This document shows positions 26,801 to 39,198 of a stretch of 64,000 nucleotides of DNA, piece after piece. The stretch covers positions 1 to 64,000 of the forward strand of contig MU008228.1 in assembly GCA_010909165.1 (NCBI GenBank), in the 5' to 3' direction. A program made the translations under genes and the position numbers. Source of the DNA: Anthoceros angustus (Eukaryota > Plantae > Anthocerotophyta). Positions within the stretch are counted from its first letter, which is position 1, and each line of letters begins with the position of its first letter. The notes under the pieces are model-generated. The model was not told the DNA's origin and made no database searches. It saw only the letters and a program-made list of their open reading frames with translations.

Positions 26801-29604
26801 CATTCATTCCAGCGGAATAAACAAGAAGCGGCTTTTTCACTCATAATACTTGTAATTGGCGGGAACATGGGCACCAAACGGCTGTTCCTCCCGGTTTCCA
26901 CAAAAATTCATCAAAAAGTACGGCTGTTGTGAGACTAGAAAGTCGGGAACATGATATGAGTTGGGCTCAAAAAGGGATATAAAGCCTTGGTAGCCACTCA
27001 TTTAGCTTGAAATAATGCCCATACCTGACACCGTGTTGGTGGCAGCGAAGATGCCATATGAGATGCCATTTGCTATTCATTCATTACATAGATGGTAACT
27101 AGTTTTGGAAATACGGTTTTAAGGCGGGGGTAATAAGTAATGGAGAATACAATGGAAATTCAAAATGCAGTGGTGGGAGTCAGTGTTTTCATGTTCCTGA
27201 AAAATTGGAAGGCGTATGACGTCTTCATGCCGACGGTGTATGTTTTCCAATTGTCCGTTTCCACCTTCTTGGTAAATTAGTGCTATCAAAGGAAAAACAA
27301 TTTGGAGAGGGGAGTAAAGAGCAATGGAGAAGAGATGGGTAATCCGGCAAGGGGGAGATGTGGTCCACTGAAGAGAAGCTTGCCGGAGTAGGTCCGTTGA
27401 AGTATGTGCACAGTTGGTCCGGTTGGGTGAAGTCCTATGAGTGAAGGGATCACTTGGCGGGAGATTGTCCGGGGCGGAGTTGGTCCGGGCGGCATAGTCC
27501 GATGGACGTTTGCTTGGCGGTGCGGCCGGGAACGAGTTACAACACGGTCGCAATGACCTAGGGTTAGGGTACATACATAGACGGGTTAGATTAGGGTATG
27601 GAGGAGGATATAAGGAGGCCTGGGCGCCCAAGGCAGAGAGACTATCCCTTGTGCCAACGTCGTGTTCCATGTGCTCTTGCCCTCTCGTGCTCGAGGAGTG
27701 GAGTGTGTTCCAGCATCACCTTGCAGGATTAATTGGTGGTAGGACGATGTGTCGAGAGCTCTGGTGACGAGCTTCACTAACGCACTTGGTGGGTGCATAC
27801 TAGGACCAGACTTGAGCTCAGGTGGTGCTCTGGAGGTCCCTCAATGCGAGGCCATCCTTGGTGGCTACTGGAACGGAGGCTGTGGGGTTGCAGGCTGCGA
27901 AAACACTACCCTGTGGATCGCGAAGCATTCGAAAGGACCAGGAGGCGCTTGGGGTGATCCCTCCGTGTGGAAGCCATCCCTAGAGGTTGCTGGGCGGAGG
28001 CCGTGGGGTTGCGGGTTGGGAAACCGCTACCTCACAGAACGCGAAGCAGTCGGAAGGAGCAAAGGCGGTCCAGTGTGAATATGTCGGCGTGTTGGTGTTC
28101 CAAATACTAGCGGTGTGGAGTGTGGAGGAAAGAGGGAAGGCGCTGCGGGCCTGAGCATTGTGTTGGAGCTACTGTTGAGTTGAGTCTAGAGTTGTGCGTT
28201 GGAAGATAGAGAGGACTGTGCGCGGAGATGGGTACGCACGGAGACCGACGGAGGACTGTGTCGTTAAACTTGTTCAAGTCCGCCGGACCTTAAACGGTGT
28301 TTTGAGATACCATGAGTGGAGTTTTGTGGGAAGGTTTGGCGGGTTGCGCGTCCGGCCCGTCGAGTTGCGAAGTGGTCCTTCTAAGGTTGTCACGAAAATC
28401 TTGGACATGGGAGTTCCTAGCCGCTAAGTGGCATCCTTCTCACACACCCTAAGGGCGTGCTAATAAAAAAAGTGTCCCAACGGATGATATATGTAGCATT
28501 TCCGATCGTCCATCCGGTTGTCCCAACGGATGATGATGTGGCCCTCCCGTTTGTCCATTCCGGTGTCCCAACATCTTGCAAACCACTCTTTGTGGCGTTT
28601 TTTTTCCTTTCTCCAATTGTATGCCCTAAGTCGTCCCTAGAGTAACACCCCTCACTACGCAGCTAGTAAGGAAGCGACAAGTGCTGGCTTCCCAGCGGTC
28701 TAGGACCTCGCCAATTCACTCCACAAGAGACTTGCACGATTCTCAACGCTCTCAACCTCACAACACATCACTAGGCTCCAAGTAGCCCGCCGTCCACTGA
28801 CGACTCGCAGGCCACCTCCTCGAGGTGCTGCTCTTTATTGCAAGAATACAACGATGGAATCTGGCTATCTACGCCCAATTGGCTACTGCCCTTGATTCCA
28901 TGACAAGCTCACTAGCTAGCTCTCCACATCTCTCTCAACACAAGGCTTGCAGCGCAGACTTGCCTGCTCTCTCAAAGAGTGAGTCCCACTTGTTCCTCAA
29001 AGCCCTTGCTCTAGCCCTTATATATCCCGCAGCCTGACCTTAACTAGGCAGTTGTTAAATCTAGGGATTCTTATAGACCACTGATCACTAAGAGTCCTCT
29101 CTAGGCAGCTCTTCATTTGTGGCTGTAGCAATTCCTTTCTAACAAGAGATTGCATGAAGCATGCAACACATGCATCTTCTTAACAGGGCAGCTACTAACT
29201 TAACTTTTTACCTTTTTCAACTTTTCATCTTTCTACCTTATTTCACCAGTACCATTACTCCTAGGCGGGTTCTCGCGCGTCTCAATAAAACTTGAACACT
29301 TGAACTTGGATGATGATGTGGCATTCCCGATCGTACCAGCCTGACGTTAATGGCCATCGGTATCCATCATGGAAGCACGCCGCAAAAGTTAGCATGACTT
29401 CACATGCCCCCGTTTCTGTGATTCTGTCCCAAACTTCGAAACCGTAACCAATCTCGATAAAAATAACGTTTGTTTGTTTTTTTTTTGGTTTTTGGTAGAG
29501 TAAGCAATGCAAAAAACAGTGTGCTCACTTCGTCAGGGTGGTGTGGTCATCCACAGTACCCGGGGATCATGCCGTAGTCATCTTCCGACACCATTCCCTG
29601 AACG

Positions 29605-31839
29605 ATGGCCGCAGGATGGCAACCGGACCCGTTGTGGACCCAACAAATTGGAACGTGTACATCGAGGTGCACCAGTGTAAGGAGCCCCGCACTTCCACTT
29701 CCGAGAAAATGGGTGGGTGGGGACAGATTTCCGAGCGATGCCGGTCGTTGCCAGGAGCAGGGGCAGGAGCACTTGTGGCAACAATTCTTTCTGGAGCCTA
29801 CCATGTGGTGGGACAACAGACGAGACAAGCAGAGCTCCCGTTCGCCTGACTTCCGGCGCAAAGGGTCCGGCGAGGTCCTGTGGTTAAAGTTTAAGCCAGC
29901 TTGGGTTGATGAGAAGCTCGTTTCCTTGGATATGCACATGGCTCACGGTGCCTCTCCTTCCAAGTCCAGCTCTCCAGACAAGTCTGAATCTGGCAGGCGT
30001 GCAGGGTCGGAAATGGGCGTCGTAACGGCTGGAACCGTGAGCGTGTTTTGTCAGCAGAGGAGGCTTTCTGAGGCCGTTGGAGCCCTGGAATCTCTGGCCC
30101 GGACAGACTCTGCCATTTCTGTTTCTTTGTTTTGCACCGTGCTGAAACTGTGTACAGCTCAGAAGGATTTGGTTGTGGGGCGACGAGTTCATGATCTCAC
30201 TGTCAAACTTGGGTACGAGTCGATTGCATACGTGGGGAATCATATCTTGCGCATGTATGCATGTGGAGGCAGGCTAGAGGAGGCCATGGATGTGTTCATC
30301 AGGGTAGGCAAACCAGATGTTTTCACTTGGTCTTCCATCATCTCTGCCCATGCTAAACACGGGAAACCTAACGAGGCAGTACAACTGTACCATGAGATGC
30401 GAAGGTCAGGAGTGAAGGCAGATCCTCATGTCTTTGTAGCTGCCCTTCAAGCTTGTGCGTTTGCCGCCGACTTGGACTCTGGCAGGAGAGTGCACTGTGA
30501 TATGTTGCAGAGTGGCATTCCTCCCGACTTGTTTGTTGGAAACTGCCTGGTTGACATGTATGCAAAATGTGGCGAATTGGAAGATGCACGCCAGGCCTTT
30601 GACAACTTGGCCACAAAGGATGTGGTGACATGGACGGCCCTGATTGATGGGTATACACAGCAAGGACGCGGCGGAGAGGCGCTTGAACTGTATGGACAAA
30701 TGGAGGAAGAGGGCCTCATTTTGGCTGACCGTGTTATTTTTGCTTGCCTTCTGAAAGCCTGTGCAAGCACGGGTGCCTTACAGAAGGGCAGGCAGCTGCA
30801 CTCACAGATTGTCGAAAGAGGACTGCTGGACAACGTAGTGGTGGGCACGAGCCTGGTGGACATGTATGCAAAATGTGGTGAACTGGGAGATGCACGCCAG
30901 GCTTTCGATAGCATGAACACAAAGAATGTGGTGACGTGGACCGCCCTGATATCTGGGTATGGTACTTGTGGTGAAGGTCATAAGGCACTAGCTTGTTTTG
31001 ATGAGATGTTAGTTGCCGGTATTCAGCCTGATGGTGCTACTTTTACTTGCCTTCTAGTAGCATGCAGTCATGAGGGACTGGTGGACGAGGGTCGCAAGCA
31101 CTTTGATTCCATGGCTGAACAGCATGGCATCAAACCTACTATTGAGCATCACAATTGTATGATTGATCTTCTTGGGCGTGCGGGCCATTTAGATGAGGCT
31201 GAGAAGATGCTATTATCATGTGAGAGCCAAAGTGATGTCGTGGGGTTGATGTCTTTGCTGAATGCCTGCAAAAGTCATGGGGATATAGAGAGGGCGATGT
31301 GGTGTTTTGAAAGCATTGTTAGGCTGGACCCTCAGAGGGCGTCTGCGTATGTGCTCATGGCCAATGCCTATGCAGATGCAGGTAGGTGGAGCGATGCAGA
31401 CAGGATTGAAACACAGAGAATGGTAGCAGGAGCTAACAAGAAACCTGCAGTGGCGACCATTGAGGTGAAGAAGCAGGTACATAGATTTGCGGTGGGAGAA
31501 AAGAGAGATATTGCGTTTAAGGTAGAGAGCACGAATGCACGTCTGAAGCAGGAAGGAGGCCACGTACCTCACACAAAGTTGGTGTTGAAGCCACTGTCTG
31601 AGAAGGAGAAGGAAGATGTGCTGTGTGGGCATGCTGAGAAACTAGCTCTGGCGTTTGGTCTCTTGAACACTCCGAGTGGGACACCTCTGGTGGTAACGAA
31701 GAACCTACGCATGTGTAGTGACTGTCACAGTTCCACGGAGATCATGTCAAGGGTTGAACACAGAGACATTGTTGTAAGGGATGGCTATCGTGTGCATCGA
31801 TTTGCAGCTGGTTGTTGCAGTTGTAAAGGTCGACCGTGA
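29605..31839 (+). CDS. Intact 744-aa PLS-class PPR RNA-editing factor: PDF motif, PLS array, E1-E2, DYW:KP domain ending GRP
   Basis: P-L-S triplets (e.g. VFTWSSIISAHAKHG, LFVGNCLVDMYAKCG), P2-L2-S2, E1/E2, KKPAVATIEV in place of the PG box, HAEKLA, CSDCH, terminal CSCKGRP. No introns needed. Confidence 0.96.
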   Translation: MAAGWQPDPLWTQQIGTCTSRCTSVRSPALPLPRKWVGGDRFPSDAGRCQEQGQEHLWQQFFLEPTMWWDNRRDKQSSRSPDFRRKGSGEVLWLKFKPAWVDEKLVSLDMHMAHGASPSKSSSPDKSESGRRAGSEMGVVTAGTVSVFCQQRRLSEAVGALESLARTDSAISVSLFCTVLKLCTAQKDLVVGRRVHDLTVKLGYESIAYVGNHILRMYACGGRLEEAMDVFIRVGKPDVFTWSSIISAHAKHGKPNEAVQLYHEMRRSGVKADPHVFVAALQACAFAADLDSGRRVHCDMLQSGIPPDLFVGNCLVDMYAKCGELEDARQAFDNLATKDVVTWTALIDGYTQQGRGGEALELYGQMEEEGLILADRVIFACLLKACASTGALQKGRQLHSQIVERGLLDNVVVGTSLVDMYAKCGELGDARQAFDSMNTKNVVTWTALISGYGTCGEGHKALACFDEMLVAGIQPDGATFTCLLVACSHEGLVDEGRKHFDSMAEQHGIKPTIEHHNCMIDLLGRAGHLDEAEKMLLSCESQSDVVGLMSLLNACKSHGDIERAMWCFESIVRLDPQRASAYVLMANAYADAGRWSDADRIETQRMVAGANKKPAVATIEVKKQVHRFAVGEKRDIAFKVESTNARLKQEGGHVPHTKLVLKPLSEKEKEDVLCGHAEKLALAFGLLNTPSGTPLVVTKNLRMCSDCHSSTEIMSRVEHRDIVVRDGYRVHRFAAGCCSCKGRP
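29767..29918 (+). other. OSB-type PDF motif in the N-terminal extension of the PPR protein
   Basis: EHLWQQFFLEPTMWWDNRRDKQSSRSPDFRRKGSGEVLWLKFKPAWVDEKL fits the W..FF..P..WWDNR..K....PDF..K..GE.LWL...P.WV pattern of plant organellar ssDNA-binding OSB proteins. Confidence 0.85.
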
Positions 31840-32209
31840 GAATAATGAATAAATAGTCAATGCCCAAGTGTGTACGCCGGATAAGATAGCTTTTTCCTGT
31901 GGGGTGGGCTGGATGGACATGGCTAACGCTGATCCGCCTCCATCGTCTGTTTCTGGAATGAGGGACACGATCAGAGTCGAATGAATCGTCTCTTTGTCTC
32001 ATTCTGGAACGAGGAAGTTGAAGACTGAATACACCGTGAAGGGAGCGTGACTTCCCATCTGTAGAAACGACGACGTGTGTTCTTTTTGTATGTAACCAAT
32101 GCATAAACAGTCTGATCACTCCTTCGGGTGGGGTGGTCATACACAGTGCCCGGGGGATCCCACCACAGTCTTTTTGGTAAAGTCATCTTCCGACGACGGT
32201 CCATGAACG

Positions 32210-34919
32210 ATGGCCGCAGTAAGGCAACCGGACCCGTTGTGGACCCAACAAATTGGTGTGTTCAGGGATTCTAGAGACTGCTCACCTCACCTCAGGAGAA
32301 CCTGGCAAACGACCAAGCCTCGAGGTGCTGCAGCATAAGGAGCCCAGCACTTCCACTTCCGAGAGAGTTGGGGGGTGGAAACGGACTTTCCAGCGATGAT
32401 CGTCGCCGGGAGCAGGAGTACTTGTGGCAACAATTCTTTCAGGACCCTACCATGTGGTGGGATAACAGACAAGATAACAAGAGCTCCCGTTCGCCTCACT
32501 TCCGGCGTAAGGGGTCCGGCGAAGTGCTGTGGTTAAACAGCATGTTTAAGCCAGCTTGGGTTGATGAGCAGCTCGTTTCCTTGGATATGCAGATGGGTCA
32601 TGGTGCCTCCCCTTCCGAGTCCAGCTCTCCAGATAAGCCTGAACCTGGGAGGCGTGCAACATCGGGAATGGGCGTCGTTACATCTGTTACCGTGAGCACG
32701 TTATGTCAGCAGGGAAAGCTTTCTGAGGCCATTGGAGCCTTGGAATCTCTGGCGCAGGCAGAGTCAGCCATTTCCCAGTCTCTGTTGTACACTGTGCTGA
32801 AACTGTGTACAGCTAAGAAGGATTTGGTTGTGGGGCGTCGAGTTCATGATCTCACTGCCAAACTTGGGTACGAGTCGAGTGCATACTTGGGGAACCATAT
32901 CTTGCGCATGTATGCATGTGAAGGTAGGCTGCAGGAGGCCATGGATGTGTTCACCAGGGTGGGCAAACCAGATGTCTTCATGTGGTCTTCCATAATCTCT
33001 GCACATGCTAAGCATGGGAAACCTAAGGAGGCCATACAACTGTACCATGAGATGCGTAGGTCAGGAGTGAAGGCGGATGCTCACGTCTTTGTAGCTGCCC
33101 TTCAAGCTTGTGCATTGCCGCCGACTTGGAATCTGGCAGAAAAGTGCACTGTGATGTGTGCAGAGTGGCATTCCTAACTTGTTTGTTGGCAACTGTGCAA
33201 AATGTGGTGAACTGAAGATGCACGCCAGGTTTTGACAGCTTGCCAAAGGATGTGGTGACATGGAATGCCCTGATGCTGGGTATGCAAAATGTGGTGAACT
33301 GAAGATGCACGCCAGGTTTTGACAGCATGAACAAAGAATGTGGTGACATGGAATGCCCTGATAGCTGGGTATGCAAAATGTGGTGAACTGAAGATGCACG
33401 CCAGGTTTTGACAGCATGAACACAAAGGATGTGGTGACATGGACGGCCTGATTGCTGGGTATGCAGCAAGGCTTGGACATGAGGCGCTTGTGTATGGACA
33501 AATGGAGGAAGAGGCCTCATTTTGGCTAACCATGTTACTTTTGCTTGCCTTCTGAAGGCCTGTGCAAGCACTGGTGCCTTACAGAAGGGCAGGCAGCTGC
33601 ACAGATTGTGAAAGAGGACTGCTGGATAACGTAGTGTTGGCAACTGCCTGGTGGACATGTATGCAAAATGTGGTGAACTGGAAGATGCACGCCAGGTTTT
33701 GACAGCATGAAAGGATGTGGTGACATGGAATGCCCTGATTGCTGGGTATGCACAGCAAGGACTGGCCAAGAGGCGCTTGTGTATGGACAAATGGAGCAGA
33801 GGCCTCATTTTGGCTGACCATGTTACTTTTGCTTGCCTTCTGAAGGCCTGTGCAAGCACTGGTGCCTTACAGAAGGGCAGGCAGCTGCACTCACAGATTG
33901 TGAAAGAGGACTGCTGGATAACGTAGTGGGCACCTGCCTGGTGGACATGTATGCAAAATGTGGTGAACTGGAAGATGCACGCCAGGTTTTGACAGCATGA
34001 ACACAAAGGATGTGGTGACATGGAATGCCCTGATATCTGGGTATGGTACTTGTGATGAAGGTCACAAGGCACTAGCTTGTTTTGAGGAGATGTTAGTTGC
34101 CGGTATTCAGCCTGATGGTGCTACTTTACTTGCCTTCTAGTAGCATGCAGTCATGAGGGACTGGTGGACGAGGGTCAGCACTTTGATTCCATGGCTGAAC
34201 AGCATGGCATCAAACCTACTAATGAGCATCACAATTGTATGATCGATCTTCTTGGGCGTGCGGGCCATTTAGATGAGGCTGAGAAGATGCTACTATCATG
34301 CGACAGCCAAAATGATGTTGTGGGGTTGATGTCTTTGCTGAATGCCTGCAAAAGTCATGGGGATATAGAAAGGGCAATGTGGTGTTTTGAAGGCCTCGTT
34401 AGGCTGGACCCTCAGAGGGCGTCTGCGTATGTGCTCATGGCCAATGCCTATGCAGATGCAGGTAGGTGGAGCGATGTAGATTGGATTGAAACACAGAGAA
34501 TGGTAGCAGGAGCTAACAAGAAACCTGCAGTGGCGACCATTGAGGTGAAGAAGCAGGTACATACGTTTGCGGTGGGAGAAAGAAGAGATGATATTGCGTT
34601 TACGGTAGAGAGCACGAATGCACGTCTGAAGCAGGAAGGGGGCCACGTACCTCACACAAAGTTGGTGTTGAAGCCACTGTCTGAGAAGGAGAAGGAAGAT
34701 GTGCTGTGTGGGCATGCTGAGAAACTAGCTCTGGCGTTTGGTCTCTTGAACACTCCGAGCGGGACACCTCTGGTGGTAACGAAGAACCTACGCATGTGCA
34801 GTGACTGTCACAGTTCCACGGAGATCATGTCAAGGCTTGAACAGAGACATTGTTGTAAGGGATGGGTACCGTGTGCATCGATTCGCAGCTGGTTGTTGCA
34901 GTTGTAAGGTCGACCGTGA
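32210..34919 (+). pseudogene. Tandem paralogue 2 of the PDF-PPR-DYW:KP(GRP) gene, with an expanded repeat array; frameshifted as assembled
   Basis: Conserved TGAACG-ATG start context, PDF motif (ORF 32368-33177), extra SS and PLS units at 33200-34000, and E/DYW in ORF 34164-34907 ending GGTCGACCGTGA. Confidence 0.88.
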
Positions 34920-35243
34920 GAATAATAATGAATAAATAGTCAAGCCCAGTGTGTACGCCATAAGATAGCTTTTTCCTTGGGGTGCTGATGGACATGGCTA
35001 ACGCTGATCCGCCTCCACATCGTCTGTCAATACGCATCAATCGAATGAATCTCTCTTTTCTGGAACAGAAGTTGAAACTGACTCACAGGAGCTGTTGCAT
35101 CCTGGAAACTAACTGTCTGTTTTCACTGTACCGACGCAAAATGTCTACTCAGTCCTTCAGGGTGGTGTGGTCATACACAGTGGCCGGGGGATCCTGCTAG
35201 AGTCTTTTTGGTAAAGTCATCTTCCGACGACGGTCCATGAACG

Positions 35244-37650
35244 ATGGCCACAGTGGCAACCGGACCCGTTGTGGACCCAACAAATTGGTGTGTACAGGAT
35301 TCTAGGAGGAACTCTCACCTCACTCAGGAGTCAACCCCTGGCAAACACCAAGCCTCCAGGTGCAGCAGTAAGGAGCCCAGCACTTCCACTTCCGAGAAAA
35401 TGGGTGGGGACGGTTTCCAGCGATGGTCGTCGCCAGGAGCAGGAGCACTTGTGGCAACAATTTTTCTGGACCCTACCATGTGGTGGGACAACAGACGAGA
35501 TAAGAAGAGCTCCCGTTCGCCTGACTTCCGGCGTAAGGGGTCCGGCGAGGTGCTGTGGTTAAACAACATGTTTAAGCCAGCTTGGGTTGATGAGCAGCTC
35601 GTTTCCTTGGATATGCAGATGGGTCATGGTGCCTCTCCTTCCAAGTCGAGCTCTCCGGATAAGCCTGAACCTGGCAGGCGTGCAGGATTGGAAATGGGCG
35701 TCGTAACTGAACCGTGAGCATGTTATGTCAGCAGGGAAGCTTTCTGAGGCCGTTGGAGCCCTGGAATCTCTGGCGCAGACAGACTCTGCTATTCTCAGTC
35801 TCTGTTTTACTGTGCTGAAACTGTGTACAGCTAAGAAGGATTTGGTTGTGGGGCGACGAGTTCATGATCTCACTGTCAAACTTGGGTACGAGTCGATGCA
35901 TGTGGGAACCATATCTTGCGCATGTATGCATGTGGAGGTAGGCTAGAGGAGGCCATGGATGTGTTCACCAGGGTGGGCAAACCAGATGTTTTCATGTGGT
36001 CTTCCATAATCTCTGCACATGCTAAAACATGGGAAACCTAATGAGGCCATACAACTGTACCATGAGATGCGTAGGTCAGGAGTGAAGGCGGATGCTCACG
36101 TCTTTGTAGCTGCCCTTCAAGCTTGTGCATTTGCCGCCGACTTGGAATCTGGCAGAAAAGTGCACTGTGATGTGTGCAGAGTGGCATTCCACTAACTTGT
36201 TTGTTGGCAACTGCCTGGTGGACATGTATGCAAAATGTGGTGAACTGAAGATGCACGCCAGGTTTTGACAGCATGGCCACAAAGGATGTGGTGACATGGA
36301 ATGCCCTGATGCTGGGTATAATGTGGTGAACTGAAGATGCACGCCAGGTTTTGACAGCATGAACACAAAGAATGTGGTGACATGGAATGCCTGATAGCTG
36401 GGTATGCATGTGGTGAACTGAAGATGCAAGTTTTGACAGCTGGACATGGTGACATGGAATGCCTGATGCTGGGTATGCACAGCAAGGAGAGAGGCGCTTG
36501 TTCTGTATGGACAAATGGAGCAGAAGGCCTCATTTTGGCTGACCATGTTACTTTTGCTTGCCTTCTGAAGGCCTGTGCAAGCACTGGTGCCTTACAGAAC
36601 GGCAGGCAGCTGCACTCACAGATTGTCGAAAGAGGACTGCTGGATGACTTAGTCGTGGGCACCTGCCTGGTAGACATGTATGCAAAATGTGGTGAACTGG
36701 GAGATGCTCGCCAGGCTTTCGATAGCCTGAACACAAAGAATGTGGTGACGTGGACCGCCCTGATATCTGGGTACGGTGCTTGTGATGAAGGTTACAAGGC
36801 ACTAGCCTGTTTTGAGGAGATGTTAGTTGCTGGCATTCAGCCTGATGGTTCTACTTTTACCTGCCTTCTAGTAGCATGCAGTCATGAGGGGCTGGTGAAT
36901 GAGGGCCGCAAGCACTTTGATTCCATGACTGAAGAGCATGGCATCAAACCTACTATCGAGCATTACACCTGCATGATTGATCTTCTTGGGCGTGCAGGCC
37001 ATTTAGATGAGGCAGAGACATGCTATTATCATGTGAGGCCAAAGTGATGTTGTGGGCTTGACGTCTTTGTTGAATGCCTGCAAAAGTCACGGGGATATAG
37101 AGAGGGCGATGTGGTGTTTTGAAAGCATTGTTAGGCTGGACCCCAGGAGGCGCCTGCATGTGCTCATGGCCAATGCCTATGCAGATGCAGGTAGGTGGAC
37201 CGATGTAGACAGGATTGAAACACAGAGAATGGTAGCAGGAGCTAACAAGAAACCTGCAGTGGCGACCATTGAGGTGAATAAGCAGGTACATAGATTTCTG
37301 GTGGGAGAAAGGAGAGAGGATATTGCGCTAAGGTAGAGAGCACGAATGCACGTCTGAAGCAGGAAGGAGGCCATATACCTCACACAAAGTTGGTGTTGAA
37401 GCCACTGTCTGAGAAGGAAAAGGAAGATGTGCTTTGTGGGCATGCTGAGAAGCTAGCTCTGGCGTTTGGTCTCTTGAACACTCCGAGTGGGACACCTCTG
37501 GTGGTAACGAAGAATCTACGCATGTGCAGTGACTGCCACAGTTCCACGGAGATCATGTCAAGGCTGGAACGGAGAGACATTGTTGTAAGGGATGGATACC
37601 GGGTTCATCGATTCGCAGCTGGTTGTTGCAGTTGCAAAGGTCGACCGTGA
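35244..37650 (+). pseudogene. Tandem paralogue 3 of the PDF-PPR-DYW:KP(GRP) gene; frameshifted as assembled
   Basis: PDF motif (DPTMWWDNRRDKKSSRSPDFRRK), PLS repeats, and ORFs 36382-37047, 37052-37336 and 37390-37650 ending CSCKGRP. Confidence 0.88.
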
Positions 37651-38420
37651 GAGCAAAGATGAACTAGCCAGTGCTGAAGTGTGTACCCCCTAAAATGTTG
37701 CTTTTTTCCCCTTGTGGTTGACTGTGCTGTGCTCCATCCTGTCCAAACTGACAAGGATGCCGAGTACTGATCCACCTCCTAGCATGACACGGATAATTAG
37801 AATCGAATGAAATCTCTCTTTCTGTAGCCAGTTTCGCCACAAAACAGACAATAAATGCGAAACTTTGAGATTGTCCCAATCGGTATGCCATACGTAGTAG
37901 CTTATTTTCATGTTTATACATTTGCATGTCGTGGCGGCTCGCTCGAGGAACCTGAATTACCGTGTGACAGCGGGGATTCCATCTGTCCCAATGGCTTAGG
38001 CCAAATGGACAAACATTTATAGGAACGTGCTTATTAAGCATTCTATGCTTAGATCAGTACTTAGATGGGGTGCTTAAAGGAAGTAGATGCCCTTGGTGCA
38101 AGTAGCTTAGGCACACCATGGTACAAGTTGTTAAGTGCCAAGTCCCATGACGGCAATCCGTCTTTAGTGGGCTTAAACAAAATTCTTCTTCTTCTTCTTC
38201 TTCACCTCCCCAAGCCGAATGCGACTGAATATGGCATGTTACGCTTCTAGAGGTGTAATAAGGCATATTATTAGAAGAGTAATACGACATATTACTCTTC
38301 TAGGAGAGTAATAAGGCTTTCATTAACCTTTTCTCCCATCATACCTCTCTCACCAATATCACAAAGAGCAAGCATCAAGGGTCTCTTCTAAAACTCTAAT
38401 TGATCTCACAGAGGATCGGA

Positions 38421-38544
38421 AGATATTGCATAAGACAGATAGTGTGTTATTCAAAAGAGAAAGATTGCATCAAAACATGAAAAGATATTGCATAAGACAG
38501 ATAGTGTGTTATTCAAAAGAGAAAGATTGCATCAAAACATGAAA
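38421..38544 (+). repeat. Perfect 62-bp tandem duplication
   Basis: AGATATTGCATAAGACAG...CAAAACATGAAA occurs twice. Confidence 0.95.
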
Positions 38545-38625
38545 ACAAATGATCGCTATATACTAAGTAGGAAACACCCCTTCGTATATGTAACCCTAAC
38601 CAATACTAACAATAATATAGGCTAG

Positions 38626-39198
38626 GTGTACTATCTTCCTCTTAAACTACCAATATTGATCACTCGCCTTCACAGCGTAAATGCATCACGAGTCACTGAG
38701 GCTACGCTAGTCTCTACTCAAAAGCTCACGGTTCCCTTACGCTCGAGGACCTTCAATACAAGCGCGATGGCGTTCCAGGGGTTGAACCTCCTCGCTATCA
38801 TAGAGCTCACCGCATTCACTATAATACACCTGCTATTGTTCGAAGCGATGAGGACACGAAGCGGTTCTGAGTATTCCAAAGAGCTCGGTGATGAGGCCAG
38901 CACCAACGACCATCAGACTGCTGAACATCAGAAGATACAAATGCGCAGGGCCCGGGCTCCTGAAAAAACACGGAAGAAGGAATGGGAGGAGAAACACACC
39001 ATCAGCGCAACTGCCCAGCTTGGGGGATTCAGCATCTGTTTGGAGGTCAGTCTCAAGTGGGGCCACCAGGAGAAGGAAGACGCCACAGACATGGACGGAC
39101 CTCTAACCCCTGAGGACGTTGGTGAAGAATCCGACCTTATCTTCCCGCTGAACGAAGCTCTGCGGATACTCAAAGAGCTAAAGGACAAGAGGAAGTGA
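38626..39198 (+). CDS. Hypothetical 190-aa ORF, antisense within the copia 3-prime region
   Basis: Open frame only. It lies between the minus-strand copia RNase H and a PPT-like GAAGGGGG-TGT at ~38575. No family recognised. Confidence 0.3.
   Translation: MYYLPLKLPILITRLHSVNASRVTEATLVSTQKLTVPLRSRTFNTSAMAFQGLNLLAIIELTAFTIIHLLLFEAMRTRSGSEYSKELGDEASTNDHQTAEHQKIQMRRARAPEKTRKKEWEEKHTISATAQLGGFSICLEVSLKWGHQEKEDATDMDGPLTPEDVGEESDLIFPLNEALRILKELKDKRK

Noticed and set aside
27300-29240. Possible additional solo LTRs (~27540-28445 and ~28650-29230)
   Set aside because: LTR-like composition and TATA-like motifs, but I could not fix TG...CA termini, a TSD or a PBS/PPT.
38626-39198. env-like gene for the copia element
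   Set aside because: Wrong strand relative to pol, short, and no recognisable envelope features; kept only as a hypothetical ORF.
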